Position numbers and translations under genes: made by a program. Of a DNA stretch of 49,915 bases, positions 34,309 through 44,967 are shown in pieces. The stretch comes from Acidimicrobiia bacterium. Lineage in GTDB: Bacteria > Actinomycetota > Acidimicrobiia > Spongiisociales > SHLN01. How positions within the stretch are numbered: position 1 is the first letter of the stretch; every line of letters starts with the position of its first letter. The notes beneath the pieces were generated by a model. That model ran no database searches. It was not told the DNA's origin and saw nothing but the letters and a program-made list of their open reading frames with translations. The DNA is taken from positions 1 to 49,915 of the forward strand of contig JBFKDW010000010.1 of assembly GCA_041619515.1 (NCBI GenBank). Direction: 5' to 3'.

Positions 34309-35741
34309 TTCAGACCGCCGATGAAGCGGGTCATGGGCTCGAGGTACTCCAGCAGCCCTTCGGTCCCCGATTCTCTCCCCAGGCCGGACTGTTTGACTCC
34401 GCCGAACGGTGCCTCGGGAGCCACCGGATACCAATCGTTGACCCCCACCATGCCGAACTCGAGGGCGTCGGATGCATGCAGCGCGTTGTTGAGGTCCGAT
34501 GTCCAGACGAAGGCGCTCAGCCCGTGCTCGACGCTGTTGGCGAGGGTGATCGCTTCGTCGGCGGTATCGAACGATTGCACCGGCAGCACCGGCCCGAACA
34601 CCTCCTCGACGGCCAGCGGGGCGGCCTCGGGCAAGCCCGACATGACTGTGGGACGGTAGAAGAATCCGGGCCCGCCCGGCCTGCTTCCTCCCGACACGAT
34701 CGAGGCGCCGGCATCGACGCTGTCCGACACCATTCGCTCCACTCGCGCCCGGTGGGCCTCATTGATGAGAGGCCCGACCGTGGTGGCGGGGTCGATCGGG
34801 CTGCCGACGACCTCGCGCTCGGACGCCTCGGAAACCGCCTTGGTGAACTGGTCGACGATCGAGCCGTGAACCAGGAAGCGCTGGGGGGCGATACACACCT
34901 GGCCGCTGTTGCGGTACTTGGCAGTCACCGCCGAGGCGGCCACCGCCTCCAGGTCCGCCACGTCCGGAAAGACCAGCACCGGGGCGTTGCCACCCAGCTC
35001 CAGCGACAGCTTGGTGATGGTGCGGGAGGCGCCGTCCATCAGCAGCTTGCCCACCCGCACCGAGCCGGTGAAGTGGATCTTGCGGAGCCTGGCGTCGTCG
35101 AGCATCGCCTGGCCCATGGCATGGGGCTCGCCGTTCACGACGTTGATCACCCCGGCCGGAACTCCGGCATCGGCCAGGGCCCTGGCGTACAGCATCGCCG
35201 ACCGGGGCGTGTGCTCGGAGGGGCGCACTACGACCGTGCAGCCGGCGGCGAGTGCGGATGAGACCGCCCGGTTGATGTTGTAGACGGGGAAGTTCCAGGC
35301 GGTGATCACCCCGACGACGCCCAGCGGCCGGTAGGTGACGTCGATCCTGCGGCCGGGGGAGCGGGCCGGGATGATGCGCCCGCCCATCCGCTTGCCCTCC
35401 TCGGCCGCGTACGTCAGGTAGTTGGGTGCCGACAACCACTCGGCGACGGCCTGGGCGAGGGGCTTGCCCGACTCTTCGGTCGTGACGGCGGCGTAGTCGG
35501 CGGCGCGCTCGGCGAGGAGGGCGGCGGCGTGTGTGAGGACTGTGGCCCGCTCGTAGGGGTTGGTGTGGGCCCACTCCTCGGCTGCAGCTGCTGCCGCGTC
35601 GATGGCCGCTTCGACATCGGCTGCGTCTCCGTAGGGCACGGTGCCGGCGATCTCCTCGGTGGCGGGGTTGACGAGCTGCCAGGTGCCACCCCCGGCGGCC
35701 GGCACCCACTCACCACCGACGAGCTGCAGGTATTCGTTCAC
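34305..35741 (-). CDS. gabD: NAD(P)-dependent succinate-semialdehyde dehydrogenase-like ALDH
   Basis: ESGKPL, AWNFP, FTGS, LELGGNAP, KYRNSGQVC, EEVFGP, PFGGVKQSGLGRE; GTG start overlaps the lrp stop. Confidence 0.85.
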   Translation of the reverse strand: MNEYLQLVGGEWVPAAGGGTWQLVNPATEEIAGTVPYGDAADVEAAIDAAAAAAEEWAHTNPYERATVLTHAAALLAERAADYAAVTTEESGKPLAQAVAEWLSAPNYLTYAAEEGKRMGGRIIPARSPGRRIDVTYRPLGVVGVITAWNFPVYNINRAVSSALAAGCTVVVRPSEHTPRSAMLYARALADAGVPAGVINVVNGEPHAMGQAMLDDARLRKIHFTGSVRVGKLLMDGASRTITKLSLELGGNAPVLVFPDVADLEAVAASAVTAKYRNSGQVCIAPQRFLVHGSIVDQFTKAVSEASEREVVGSPIDPATTVGPLINEAHRARVERMVSDSVDAGASIVSGGSRPGGPGFFYRPTVMSGLPEAAPLAVEEVFGPVLPVQSFDTADEAITLANSVEHGLSAFVWTSDLNNALHASDALEFGMVGVNDWYPVAPEAPFGGVKQSGLGRESGTEGLLEYLEPMTRFIGGLK

Positions 35742-36226
35742 CGCGTGCCCCAGTCGTAGGTCTGTTTGACGAGGCTGATGTAGCTGAACACCTCGACCTC
35801 CGACACCCCCGGGATGGAGCGGATGCGGTTGACGGTCTCGAGCATGTGGCGGTTGGTCTCGCACACGATCTCGAGCAGCATGTCGAATCGGCCGGTGGTG
35901 ACGACGAGATAGTCGACCTCGGACATGGCGGCGGCGGAGGTGGCGATGGCATCGAGCTCGCCCACCGCCTTTACCCCGAGCATGGCCTGCACGTCGAACC
36001 CGAGAGTGGTCGGGTCGGTGACCGCCACGATCTGGATGGCACCCCCGTCGATGAGCTGCAGCACACGCTGGCGCACGGCCGGAGGTGACAGCCCGACGAG
36101 TGGTGCCAGGTTCTTGTACGACATCCGCCCGTCCTCCTGGAGGGCTTGGATGATCGCCTTGTCGGTTTCGTCGAGACGCAGGGGTGCTTCGCCGGCGACG
36201 GCAGTGGAACGTGCGGTCTGGTCCAT
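35738..36226 (-). CDS. Lrp/AsnC family regulator
   Basis: LDETDKAIIQALQEDGRMSY..LA..VGLS..AVRQRV; IVAVTDP; TGRFDML. Confidence 0.93.
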   Translation of the reverse strand: MDQTARSTAVAGEAPLRLDETDKAIIQALQEDGRMSYKNLAPLVGLSPPAVRQRVLQLIDGGAIQIVAVTDPTTLGFDVQAMLGVKAVGELDAIATSAAAMSEVDYLVVTTGRFDMLLEIVCETNRHMLETVNRIRSIPGVSEVEVFSYISLVKQTYDWGTR

Positions 36227-36270
36227 TCCTTCTCTCCGATCGAAGCCAGGTTGTGCGACCAGCCTATCAT

Positions 36271-36307
36271 TTGCAATGGGGTATCTGGCAAGTCATACTG
36301 TTGCAAT
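36271..36307 (+). promoter_or_regulatory. Probable gabT-pot promoter with two TTGCAAT boxes 30 bp apart
   Basis: TTGCAA(36271-36276)-17-CATACT(36294-36299); TTGCAAT at 36271 and 36301. Confidence 0.5.
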
Positions 36308-36349
36308 AGTCGCCGTGGGCAACCGAATCGAAAGGTGATAGCGAGCACC

Positions 36350-37699
36350 ATGGGCACCGGCATACGACTCGTCACCGAGATCCCGGGTCCCGCCAGCCGT
36401 GCGCTCGTCGCCCGCCGCGAAGCCGCCACTCCCCGGGGAGCGAGCAAGCTGACTCAGCTTGCTGTCGAGACCGCAGACGGTGCCCTGGTCACCGATGTCG
36501 ACGGCAACGTGCTCATCGATCTCGCCGGTGGCATCGGAGTGCTCGCCGTCGGCCACACCCCGCCGGCGGTGGTGTCGGCCCTGCAACGCCAGGCCGCCGC
36601 CCTCATCCACATGTGTGCCATCGTTGCCACCTACGAGCCCTACGTGGCAGTCGCCGAGCGCCTCAACGCCGTCACCCCGGGCGACTTCGCCAAGAAGACG
36701 GTGCTGATGAACAGCGGGGCGGAGGCGGTCGAAACAGCCGTCAACATCTGCCGCTCCGCCAGCGGACGCCAGGGAGTGGTCGTGTTCGACGGCAGCTACC
36801 ACGGTCGTACCAACCTCACCCTGGCCATGACATCCAAGTTCGGGCTCTTCAAGAAGGGCTTCGGGCCCTTCTCACCAGAGGTGTATCGCTTCCCGTTCCC
36901 GAACACCTACCGGCGGCCTTCGGACAGGTCCCCCGCCGAGCACATCCGGTGGCACACCGAGAATCTCGAGCACTGTTTCACCGCCATCGTCGACCCGGCT
37001 CACGTGGCGTGCGTTGTGGTCGAGCCGGTGCAGGGGGAAGCCGGATTCATCCCGGCGCCGGCCGAGTGGCTGGCCCGCCTCCGGGAATTATGCGACCAGC
37101 ACGGGATCCTGCTGGTCGCCGACGAGATCCAGTCCGGGATGGGCCGAACCGGCGAGGTGTTTGCCATCGAGCACACCGGGGTCGTTCCCGACCTCGTCAC
37201 CACCGCCAAATCGCTGGCGGCGGGAATGCCCTTGTCGGCCGTGACGGGCCGGGCGGAGGTCATGGACGCTCCGCATCCGGGTGGGCTGGGGGGCACCTAC
37301 TCGGGCAATCCGCTCGCCTGCGCCGCCGCCCTTGCCGCCATCGACCAGATCACCGACCCCGCCTTCCTGGCGCGAGCCCGAGAGATCGGAAACAAGCTGC
37401 GGGGCCGGCTGCAGGCGATCCAGGACCGGCACCCCGGCATGGTTGGGGACGTGCGCGGAGTGGGGCCAATGCTCGTGATGGAGCTGGTTCGCGATCCAGA
37501 TTCGAAAGCGCCGTGGATGGAAGCGGCTTCGGCCGTCACCGCCGAAACGGTGCGCAACGGGGTCATAACCATACGGTCCGGGCTGTTCTCCAACTGCGTG
37601 CGGTTCCTGCCTCCCCTCACCGTCGGCGACGACCTGCTCGACGAGGCAATGGATGTGGTGGAGAACGCAGTGGACACCGTCGCCAAGGAGTTGGCGTGA
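36350..37699 (+). CDS. gabT: 4-aminobutyrate--2-oxoglutarate aminotransferase
   Basis: DVDGNVLIDLAGGIGV, NSGAEAVE, YHGRTNLT, EPVQGEAGF, ADEIQSGMGRTG, AKSLAAGMPLS, GGTYSGNP. Confidence 0.92.
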   Translation: MGTGIRLVTEIPGPASRALVARREAATPRGASKLTQLAVETADGALVTDVDGNVLIDLAGGIGVLAVGHTPPAVVSALQRQAAALIHMCAIVATYEPYVAVAERLNAVTPGDFAKKTVLMNSGAEAVETAVNICRSASGRQGVVVFDGSYHGRTNLTLAMTSKFGLFKKGFGPFSPEVYRFPFPNTYRRPSDRSPAEHIRWHTENLEHCFTAIVDPAHVACVVVEPVQGEAGFIPAPAEWLARLRELCDQHGILLVADEIQSGMGRTGEVFAIEHTGVVPDLVTTAKSLAAGMPLSAVTGRAEVMDAPHPGGLGGTYSGNPLACAAALAAIDQITDPAFLARAREIGNKLRGRLQAIQDRHPGMVGDVRGVGPMLVMELVRDPDSKAPWMEAASAVTAETVRNGVITIRSGLFSNCVRFLPPLTVGDDLLDEAMDVVENAVDTVAKELA

Positions 37700-38760
37700 A
37701 CGAGTCCGTGCGCCTGGACGGGGTGTCCAAGCACTTCGGCGACATCGTTGCGGTCAAGCATCTCGACCTCGCCGTGGCGGAAGGCGAGTTCTTCTCGCTG
37801 CTCGGACCAAGCGGGTGCGGGAAGACCACCACGCTCAGGATGATCGCCGGTTTCGAGTTCCCTACCTCCGGCTCGCTCACCATCCACGGGGTCGAGATGG
37901 CGCTCCAGCCCCCCAACAAGCGTCCGGTCAACACGGTGTTCCAGTCCTACGCCCTCTTTCCGCACATGAACGTCGCAGAGAACGTCGGCTTCGGGCTCTT
38001 GATGCAGAAGGTCGAGTCCTCGGAGATCTCCACCCGGGTGAAGCGGGCCCTCGACATGGTCCAGCTCACCCATCGGGCCGAAGCACGCCCGAAGCAGCTT
38101 TCCGGCGGCCAGCGGCAGCGGGTGGCTCTCGCCCGGGCGCTGGTGAACGAGCCGGAGGTGCTGCTGCTCGACGAGCCGCTCGGGGCCCTCGACCTCAAGC
38201 TTCGCCAGTCGATGCAGGTCGAGCTGAAAGAGCTCCAAGAGCGCGTCGGCATCACCTTCATCTACGTGACGCACGACCAGGAAGAGGCGCTCACCATGAG
38301 CGACCGCATCGGCGTCATGAACGAGGGCCTGCTGCTCCAGGTCGGCAAGCCGGAGGAGATCTACGAGCATCCCACGTCTCGATTCGTGGCCGACTTCATC
38401 GGTGAGATCAACCTGCTGCCCGCCACCGTGGTGGATCATCAGTCGGTGGAACTGCAGGGCGGACACGTCGTGCGCGCCGCCACCGGCGCTCAGCCCGGCG
38501 AGGCGGTGACCGTGGCGATTCGTCCCGAGCGGCTCACGCTGTTCGAGCTGGACCAGATCATTCCGGAGGGAGCCAACACCGTTCGTGGAAGAGTGATCCG
38601 GCGGACCTATCACGGTGACGTCTTCTACTACGACATCGAGACCGCGGCGGGCGTGCTCGAAGTGAAAGAGGAGAACCGCCCGGGAGTCGAGCTGTACGAC
38701 GTCGGTGAAGAGGCGGTGGCCGCCTGGAGCCCGCGCGCCACCACGGTGGTAGAGGACTGA
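37696..38760 (+). CDS. potA: Spermidine/putrescine ABC transporter ATP-binding protein
   Basis: GPSGCGKTT, PPNKRPVNTVFQSYALFPH, LSGGQRQR, LLLDEPLGALDLKLR, TOBE tail. Confidence 0.93.
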   Translation: MNESVRLDGVSKHFGDIVAVKHLDLAVAEGEFFSLLGPSGCGKTTTLRMIAGFEFPTSGSLTIHGVEMALQPPNKRPVNTVFQSYALFPHMNVAENVGFGLLMQKVESSEISTRVKRALDMVQLTHRAEARPKQLSGGQRQRVALARALVNEPEVLLLDEPLGALDLKLRQSMQVELKELQERVGITFIYVTHDQEEALTMSDRIGVMNEGLLLQVGKPEEIYEHPTSRFVADFIGEINLLPATVVDHQSVELQGGHVVRAATGAQPGEAVTVAIRPERLTLFELDQIIPEGANTVRGRVIRRTYHGDVFYYDIETAAGVLEVKEENRPGVELYDVGEEAVAAWSPRATTVVED

Positions 38761-38761
38761 C

Positions 38762-39655
38762 GTGGCGACCGACGTACGGACCGTCGAGGTGGCGACGCCC
38801 GAGTTCGAGATAGCCGCCGAGCGCGCCGCCGCCCGGCGTGGGCTGCTGATCGCACTCCCGTCGTGGCTGTACCTGACCCTCTTCTTCGCCGTTCCGCTCG
38901 TGATCGTCTTCGTGTACTCCTTCGCCACCCGCAGCTCCACCGGGCGCACCCGTCTCGAAGACTGGAACCTCGAGAGCTACCGGCGGCTGTTCGACCCGCT
39001 GGTAGGGGAGATCGCGCTGCGGTCCCTCACCCTGGCATTCCTGACCACCTTGATCTGCCTAGTGGTGTCCTACCCGTTCGCCTATTACATCGCTACCCGC
39101 CGGCCGGCCATCCGCAACGTGCTCCTCGTCATGGTGATGATCCCGTTCTGGTCGAACTTCCTCGTTCGTACCTACGCCTGGCGGGTCCTGCTGGGTACCG
39201 ACGGCCCGTTGTCGCAACTGTCGCAGGCGCTGGGCGGTGACCCGATCCGCGTGCTGTTCACGAACACGGCTGTGCTCATAGGGCTCGTATACGGCTACCT
39301 CCCCTTCATGGTCTTGCCGTTGTACGCCGCGCTCGAACGGATGGACTGGAGCCTGGTCGAGGCGGCCCGCGACCTCTACGCCGATGGCTTGACCGCCTTT
39401 CGCAAGGTCACCTGGCCACTGTCGCGACCCGGCGTGATCGCCGGGTCCATCCTGGTGTTCATCCCCGCCCTGGGTGCGTACGTGACCCCGCAGATCCTCG
39501 GCGGAGCTCGCACCACGCTCCTCGGCGACTACATCGTGAGCCAGTTCCTGGCCGCCCGCAATCAGCCGTTCGGGTCGGCGCTCTCCTTTGGCGTCATGGC
39601 GGTGATGCTGGCCGCCACCATCGTCTACTTCCGGTCGGGAGCCAAGAACCTATGA
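38762..39655 (+). CDS. potB: Polyamine ABC transporter permease
   Basis: IPFWSNFLVRTYAW, YLPFMVLPLY, EAARDL, TPQILGG. Confidence 0.9.
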   Translation: MATDVRTVEVATPEFEIAAERAAARRGLLIALPSWLYLTLFFAVPLVIVFVYSFATRSSTGRTRLEDWNLESYRRLFDPLVGEIALRSLTLAFLTTLICLVVSYPFAYYIATRRPAIRNVLLVMVMIPFWSNFLVRTYAWRVLLGTDGPLSQLSQALGGDPIRVLFTNTAVLIGLVYGYLPFMVLPLYAALERMDWSLVEAARDLYADGLTAFRKVTWPLSRPGVIAGSILVFIPALGAYVTPQILGGARTTLLGDYIVSQFLAARNQPFGSALSFGVMAVMLAATIVYFRSGAKNL

Positions 39656-40521
39656 GCACCGGAGTGCGCCCCAAGAGCCCGACCGAGCGACTCCTGGCGG
39701 GCAACGCCTGGCTGGTCTTCACCTTCTTCTATGCCCCGATCATCGTGTTGATCATCTTCTCGTTCAACGCCAACAACAACGTGGGCATCTGGACCGAGCC
39801 ATCCTTCCGGTGGTACGGGGACATGTTCCGCAACGACGACGTGCTGGCCGCCATCCGGATTTCGGTAACGGTGGCGGCGATCTCGACGGTCGTGTCGACG
39901 ATTCTCGGCACCACCACCGCCCTCGCCCTCGAACGGTTCCGGTTTCGCGGCCAGCGAACCTACGACGGGCTCGTCTACCTCCCCATCATCATCCCCGACG
40001 TCACCATGGCGGTGATGATGCTCCTGTTCTTCGCCCAGAGCTTTCGAATGCTCGACGGCCTGTTCGGATGGAGCCCCAGCTTCGGCATCGGCACCATCTC
40101 CCTCAGCCACATCGCCTTCAACATCTCGTTCGTGGCAGTTGTCGTGCGCGCGCGCCTCGGCCAGCTCGACCCCGCGCTCGAGGAAGCGGCCGCCGATCTG
40201 TACGCCAACCGCTGGCAGGCGTTCCGGCGGGTCACGTTGCCACTGATTGCGCCGGGGGTGGCGGGCGGCGCATTGTTGGCGCTCACACTCTCGCTGGACG
40301 ACGTCGTCGTCACCAGCTTCGTGGCCGGCCCCGGGTCCACCACGCTGCCGGTCTACGTGTTCGGCCTCGTGCGCCGCGGCGTGACCCCGCTCATCAACGC
40401 CGTCAGTACCGTCATGCTGGTGGCATCGATGCTGCTGGTGCTGATTTCCCTCGCGTTCCAAAGAGGTTCCACAAGTAAGGTGTCGCTGACCGACTCGGGG
40501 GTCGACCCGGAATCGGCTTGA
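39652..40521 (+). CDS. potC: Polyamine ABC transporter permease
   Basis: FFYAPI..FSFN, LEEAAADL, SLDDVVVT, TLPVYVF. Confidence 0.9.
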   Translation: MSTGVRPKSPTERLLAGNAWLVFTFFYAPIIVLIIFSFNANNNVGIWTEPSFRWYGDMFRNDDVLAAIRISVTVAAISTVVSTILGTTTALALERFRFRGQRTYDGLVYLPIIIPDVTMAVMMLLFFAQSFRMLDGLFGWSPSFGIGTISLSHIAFNISFVAVVVRARLGQLDPALEEAAADLYANRWQAFRRVTLPLIAPGVAGGALLALTLSLDDVVVTSFVAGPGSTTLPVYVFGLVRRGVTPLINAVSTVMLVASMLLVLISLAFQRGSTSKVSLTDSGVDPESA

Positions 40522-40538
40522 TAGGAGGATTACGAGCC

Positions 40539-41630
40539 ATGAAATCAACCAACCTCACGAAGGCCATCGTCTTCGTCGCCGCGCTTGCCCTGGTCGGGTC
40601 GGCCTGCGGCGGTGACGACGGCGAAGGCGCCGGGCCGGTCGAATGCGCCGCCGGCCAGACCGACGGTGATCTCAACTTCTACAACTGGTCCGAGTACATG
40701 GACCCCGAGCTGATCACCGCCTTCGAGACCGAGTACTCGGTTGACGTTGTCGAGTCGTTCTACGAGTCGAACGAGGCCATGCTCGCCCAGATTCAGTCCG
40801 GGGTTGCCTACGACCTCATCGTTCCCTCCGACTACATGGTGGGGATCATGATCGAGGAAGGCCTGCTGACTCCGCTGAACAAGGACGCTCTCCCCAACTA
40901 CGGGAACCTGGACGCCGACTTCCAGTCGCTTCCCTACGACCCCGACGGGGCGTACTCGGTGGCCTACCAGTACGGGACCACCGGCCTCGGCGTCAACCTG
41001 GAAGCGGTGGGAGACGCCTTCACGCCGAGCTGGGCCCTGCTGTTCGATCCGGAACTGACGAAGAACTTCCCCGGGGGCGTGTCCGTGCTCAACGACCCGC
41101 GCGAGACCATGGGTGCGGCCCTCAAGTACCTCGGGTACTCGTTGAACGACACCGATATCGACCATCTCAACGAGGCGGCCGAGTTGATCAAGAACGCCAA
41201 GGCGGGAATCGCCACCTTCGACTCGGATCAGTACGACGAGGCCCTCGTGAGCGGCGAGGTTGCGGTGGCCCACGGCTATTCCGGCAACATGATCGTGTCG
41301 ATCGGTGAAGCCGACGAGCCCGACAACTACACGTACATCCTCCCCGAGGAGGGGGCGACGCTCTGGATCGACAACATGGCGATTCCGAAGGACTCCACGG
41401 CGCCATGCACGGCCCACACGTTCATCAACTTCCTGCTTGATGCGGAGAACGGCGCCACGCTGACCAACTGGAACTACTACGGCAGTCCCAACGCGGCCGC
41501 CCTGCCGTTGGTCGAGCAAGAAGTCGTCGATTTCTACGCGGCGACCGGATCGGCCGACACCGAGGTCATCGAAGACACCGGTGACTACGAGATCAACTTC
41601 ACCGACAAGCTCGCTGAAGCCAAGAGCTGA
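40539..41630 (+). CDS. potD: Polyamine-binding lipoprotein (PotD/PotF)
   Basis: Lipobox GSAC, LNFYNWSEY, SNEAM, YDLIVPSDYM, DPRE, PEEGATLWIDNMAIP; GGAGG RBS. Confidence 0.92.
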   Translation: MKSTNLTKAIVFVAALALVGSACGGDDGEGAGPVECAAGQTDGDLNFYNWSEYMDPELITAFETEYSVDVVESFYESNEAMLAQIQSGVAYDLIVPSDYMVGIMIEEGLLTPLNKDALPNYGNLDADFQSLPYDPDGAYSVAYQYGTTGLGVNLEAVGDAFTPSWALLFDPELTKNFPGGVSVLNDPRETMGAALKYLGYSLNDTDIDHLNEAAELIKNAKAGIATFDSDQYDEALVSGEVAVAHGYSGNMIVSIGEADEPDNYTYILPEEGATLWIDNMAIPKDSTAPCTAHTFINFLLDAENGATLTNWNYYGSPNAAALPLVEQEVVDFYAATGSADTEVIEDTGDYEINFTDKLAEAKS

Positions 41631-41636
41631 CCGGCA

Positions 41637-41670
41637 CTGCGGGCGCCCGTCCCCGGGCGGGCGCCCGCAG
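41637..41670. terminator. Strong GC stem-loop after potD (terminator or mRNA stabiliser)
   Basis: CTGCGGGCGCCCG...CGGGCGCCCGCAG, 13-bp perfect stem; no U-tract. Confidence 0.6.
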
Positions 41671-41683
41671 CCGCTCTGAGCTG

Positions 41684-43303
41684 ATGGACGATTCGGCCGA
41701 CCTGGTCCTCATCGGTGGGCCCGTCTTCACCGGTGATCCACTCCGGCCGTGGGCGGAGGGAGTGGCGGTGCGGGGCGGCACGATCGTCGAGGCCGGCGCT
41801 CGGGCCGACGTCGAAGCCCGGGTCGGGCCGCAAACCGACCTGCTCGACCTCCGGGGCCGACTGCTCTGCAGCGGGTTTCAGGATGCCCACGTCCACCCGG
41901 TCACCGGCGGGCTCGATCGGCTTCGCTGCAACTTGCTGGAGGCCGGTGATTTGGCGGCGGCGATGGACACCATTCGCCGCTACGGCGCTGAGAACCCGGG
42001 AGAGCCGTGGATTCGCGGCGGGGGGTGGAAGTTCGAATGGTTTCCCGGCGGGCTGGCTCCGGTGGAGCTGCTCGATCGCCTGGTTCCAGACCGGCCGGCC
42101 TACCTGACGGTGGCAGACGGGCACGCCGGCTGGGCCAATAGCCGGGCATTCGAGCTGGCAGGGATCGACGGCACCGCCGCCGACCCGGCCGATGGACGGA
42201 TCGAGCGAAACCCCGACGGATCGCTCCAGGGCACGCTCCAGGAGGGGGCCATGGCGCTGGTCGAGCGGATCTTGCCGACCAACTCCCCGGCCGAGCTCGA
42301 GCGCGGGTTGATGGAAGGGCAGCGATACCTCTTCTCATGTGGCGTGACGGCGTGGCAGGACGCCTGGGTGACCGCAGAGCTGCACGACACCTACCGGCGC
42401 CTGGCTGCCGGCGGTGGACTGCGGGCCCAGGTGCGGGGTGCGCTGTGGTGGGACCGGGGAGGGGGCCTCGAGCAGATCGAGGCGCTGAAGCAGCGTCGCG
42501 CCGAGTCGGTCCCCGGGTATTCCGCCGGCTCGGTGAAGCTCATGCTCGACGGCGTATGCGAGAACTTCACCGCCAGCATGCTGGAGCCCTACCTCGATGC
42601 CGACGGCGCACCGACCGGCAACTCGGGCCTCGACTTCATCGATCCCCGCTCACTTCCCGAAATCGTCACAGCGCTGGTGGGGGCGGGCTTTCAGCCTCAC
42701 TTCCATGCGCTTGGGGACGCGGCGGTCCGCAACGCCCTGGACGCGATCGCGGCCGCCCGCTCGGCCAACCCCGATCGCCACTCGCGCCCACACCTCGCCC
42801 ACCTCCAGGTCGTGCATCCCGACGATGTGATCCGCTTCGCCTCCCTGGGCGCCGCTGCCAACGCCCAGGCGCTGTGGGCCTGCGCCGATCCCGCCATGAC
42901 CGAGCTCACGTTGCCGTTTCTCGGCGCCGAGCGCGCCGCCCGGCAATATCCATTTGCCGATCTCGTACGATCCGGTGCCCACCTCGCCATGGGAAGCGAT
43001 TGGGCCGTCTCCACGCCCGATGTGATGGCCCAGATCGACGTGGCAGTGACCCGTCAGGTCCCCGGCGACCCGGATTCGGAGCCCTTCCTTCCCCAGCAGC
43101 GCCTGACACTGGCAGAGGCATTCATGGCCTTTACCGTCGGCTCGGCCTACGTCAATTTCCTGGAAGACCACAGGGGACTCATCGAGCCGGGCAAGGCCGC
43201 CGACCTCGTCGTGCTTTCCGCCAATCCCTTCGAGCTGGGCCGAACCACCGGCCTCGAGGTCGACCTCACGCTGGTGGCAGGCGACGTTGTCTATGAGCGG
43301 TAG
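41684..43303 (+). CDS. Amidohydrolase 3 family (YtcJ/NfdA-like) metallo-hydrolase
   Basis: GFQDAHVH, DGHAGWANS, VKLMLDG, HALGDAA, HLAHLQ, GSDW, IEPGKAADLVVL. Confidence 0.9.
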   Translation: MDDSADLVLIGGPVFTGDPLRPWAEGVAVRGGTIVEAGARADVEARVGPQTDLLDLRGRLLCSGFQDAHVHPVTGGLDRLRCNLLEAGDLAAAMDTIRRYGAENPGEPWIRGGGWKFEWFPGGLAPVELLDRLVPDRPAYLTVADGHAGWANSRAFELAGIDGTAADPADGRIERNPDGSLQGTLQEGAMALVERILPTNSPAELERGLMEGQRYLFSCGVTAWQDAWVTAELHDTYRRLAAGGGLRAQVRGALWWDRGGGLEQIEALKQRRAESVPGYSAGSVKLMLDGVCENFTASMLEPYLDADGAPTGNSGLDFIDPRSLPEIVTALVGAGFQPHFHALGDAAVRNALDAIAAARSANPDRHSRPHLAHLQVVHPDDVIRFASLGAAANAQALWACADPAMTELTLPFLGAERAARQYPFADLVRSGAHLAMGSDWAVSTPDVMAQIDVAVTRQVPGDPDSEPFLPQQRLTLAEAFMAFTVGSAYVNFLEDHRGLIEPGKAADLVVLSANPFELGRTTGLEVDLTLVAGDVVYER

Positions 43304-43430
43304 CCGCCGGAATCCTCCCCGGCAGCCGACACGGTCCTCCCGAAGTGAACCGCCCCGCGTGCGACGCTGCGGCGAGCTACGCTCGCCTGATGCTCTACCC
43401 AATGCATCAGCCCGGCCCGGGGGAGGTTCT

Positions 43431-43804
43431 GTGGCGTTAGATCAGATTCATATCCGGGACCTGCTCGTCCACGCCATTATCGGGATCAACCCGGTTGAGC
43501 GGGTCACGCCCCAGGACATCGTCGTCAACGCCACCCTGTACCTGGATACCCGCCGCGCCGGCCAGAGTGACGACATGTCGGACTCGGTCAACTACTCGAC
43601 GATCACCAAAGCCATGCACGCCCACATCGAGACCGCCGCCCCCGGCCTGGTCGAGAAGCTGGTCGCCGACCTGGCGCAGATCTGCTTCCGGACCGATCCC
43701 CGGATCGAGGAGGTCGAGATCACCGCCGAGAAGCCGGGAGCGGTCACCTTCACGCGTTCGGTCGGTGTCACCATCCACCGGACCCGGGCTGAGGTCATGG
43801 CCGA

Positions 43805-43808
<4 letters not shown>
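43431..43808 (+). CDS. folB: Dihydroneopterin aldolase
   Basis: [39 protein letters not shown] before GTG 43431. Confidence 0.9.
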
Positions 43809-44908
<1,100 letters not shown>

Positions 44909-44967
44909 GTGAGCCCCGCCGGCCCTCCGGGCTGCCTGCCGGCGGCTTCCCAACTGCCGGCGGGAGC

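Noticed and set aside
36613..37695. Long N-terminal extension of PotA (also apparent extensions on marR, meh, subunit IV, cupin, protease and hydrolase)
   Set aside because: They overlap upstream genes in another frame and are Arg/Pro-rich; the true starts are marked by RBS, stop/start overlaps or leaderless promoters.
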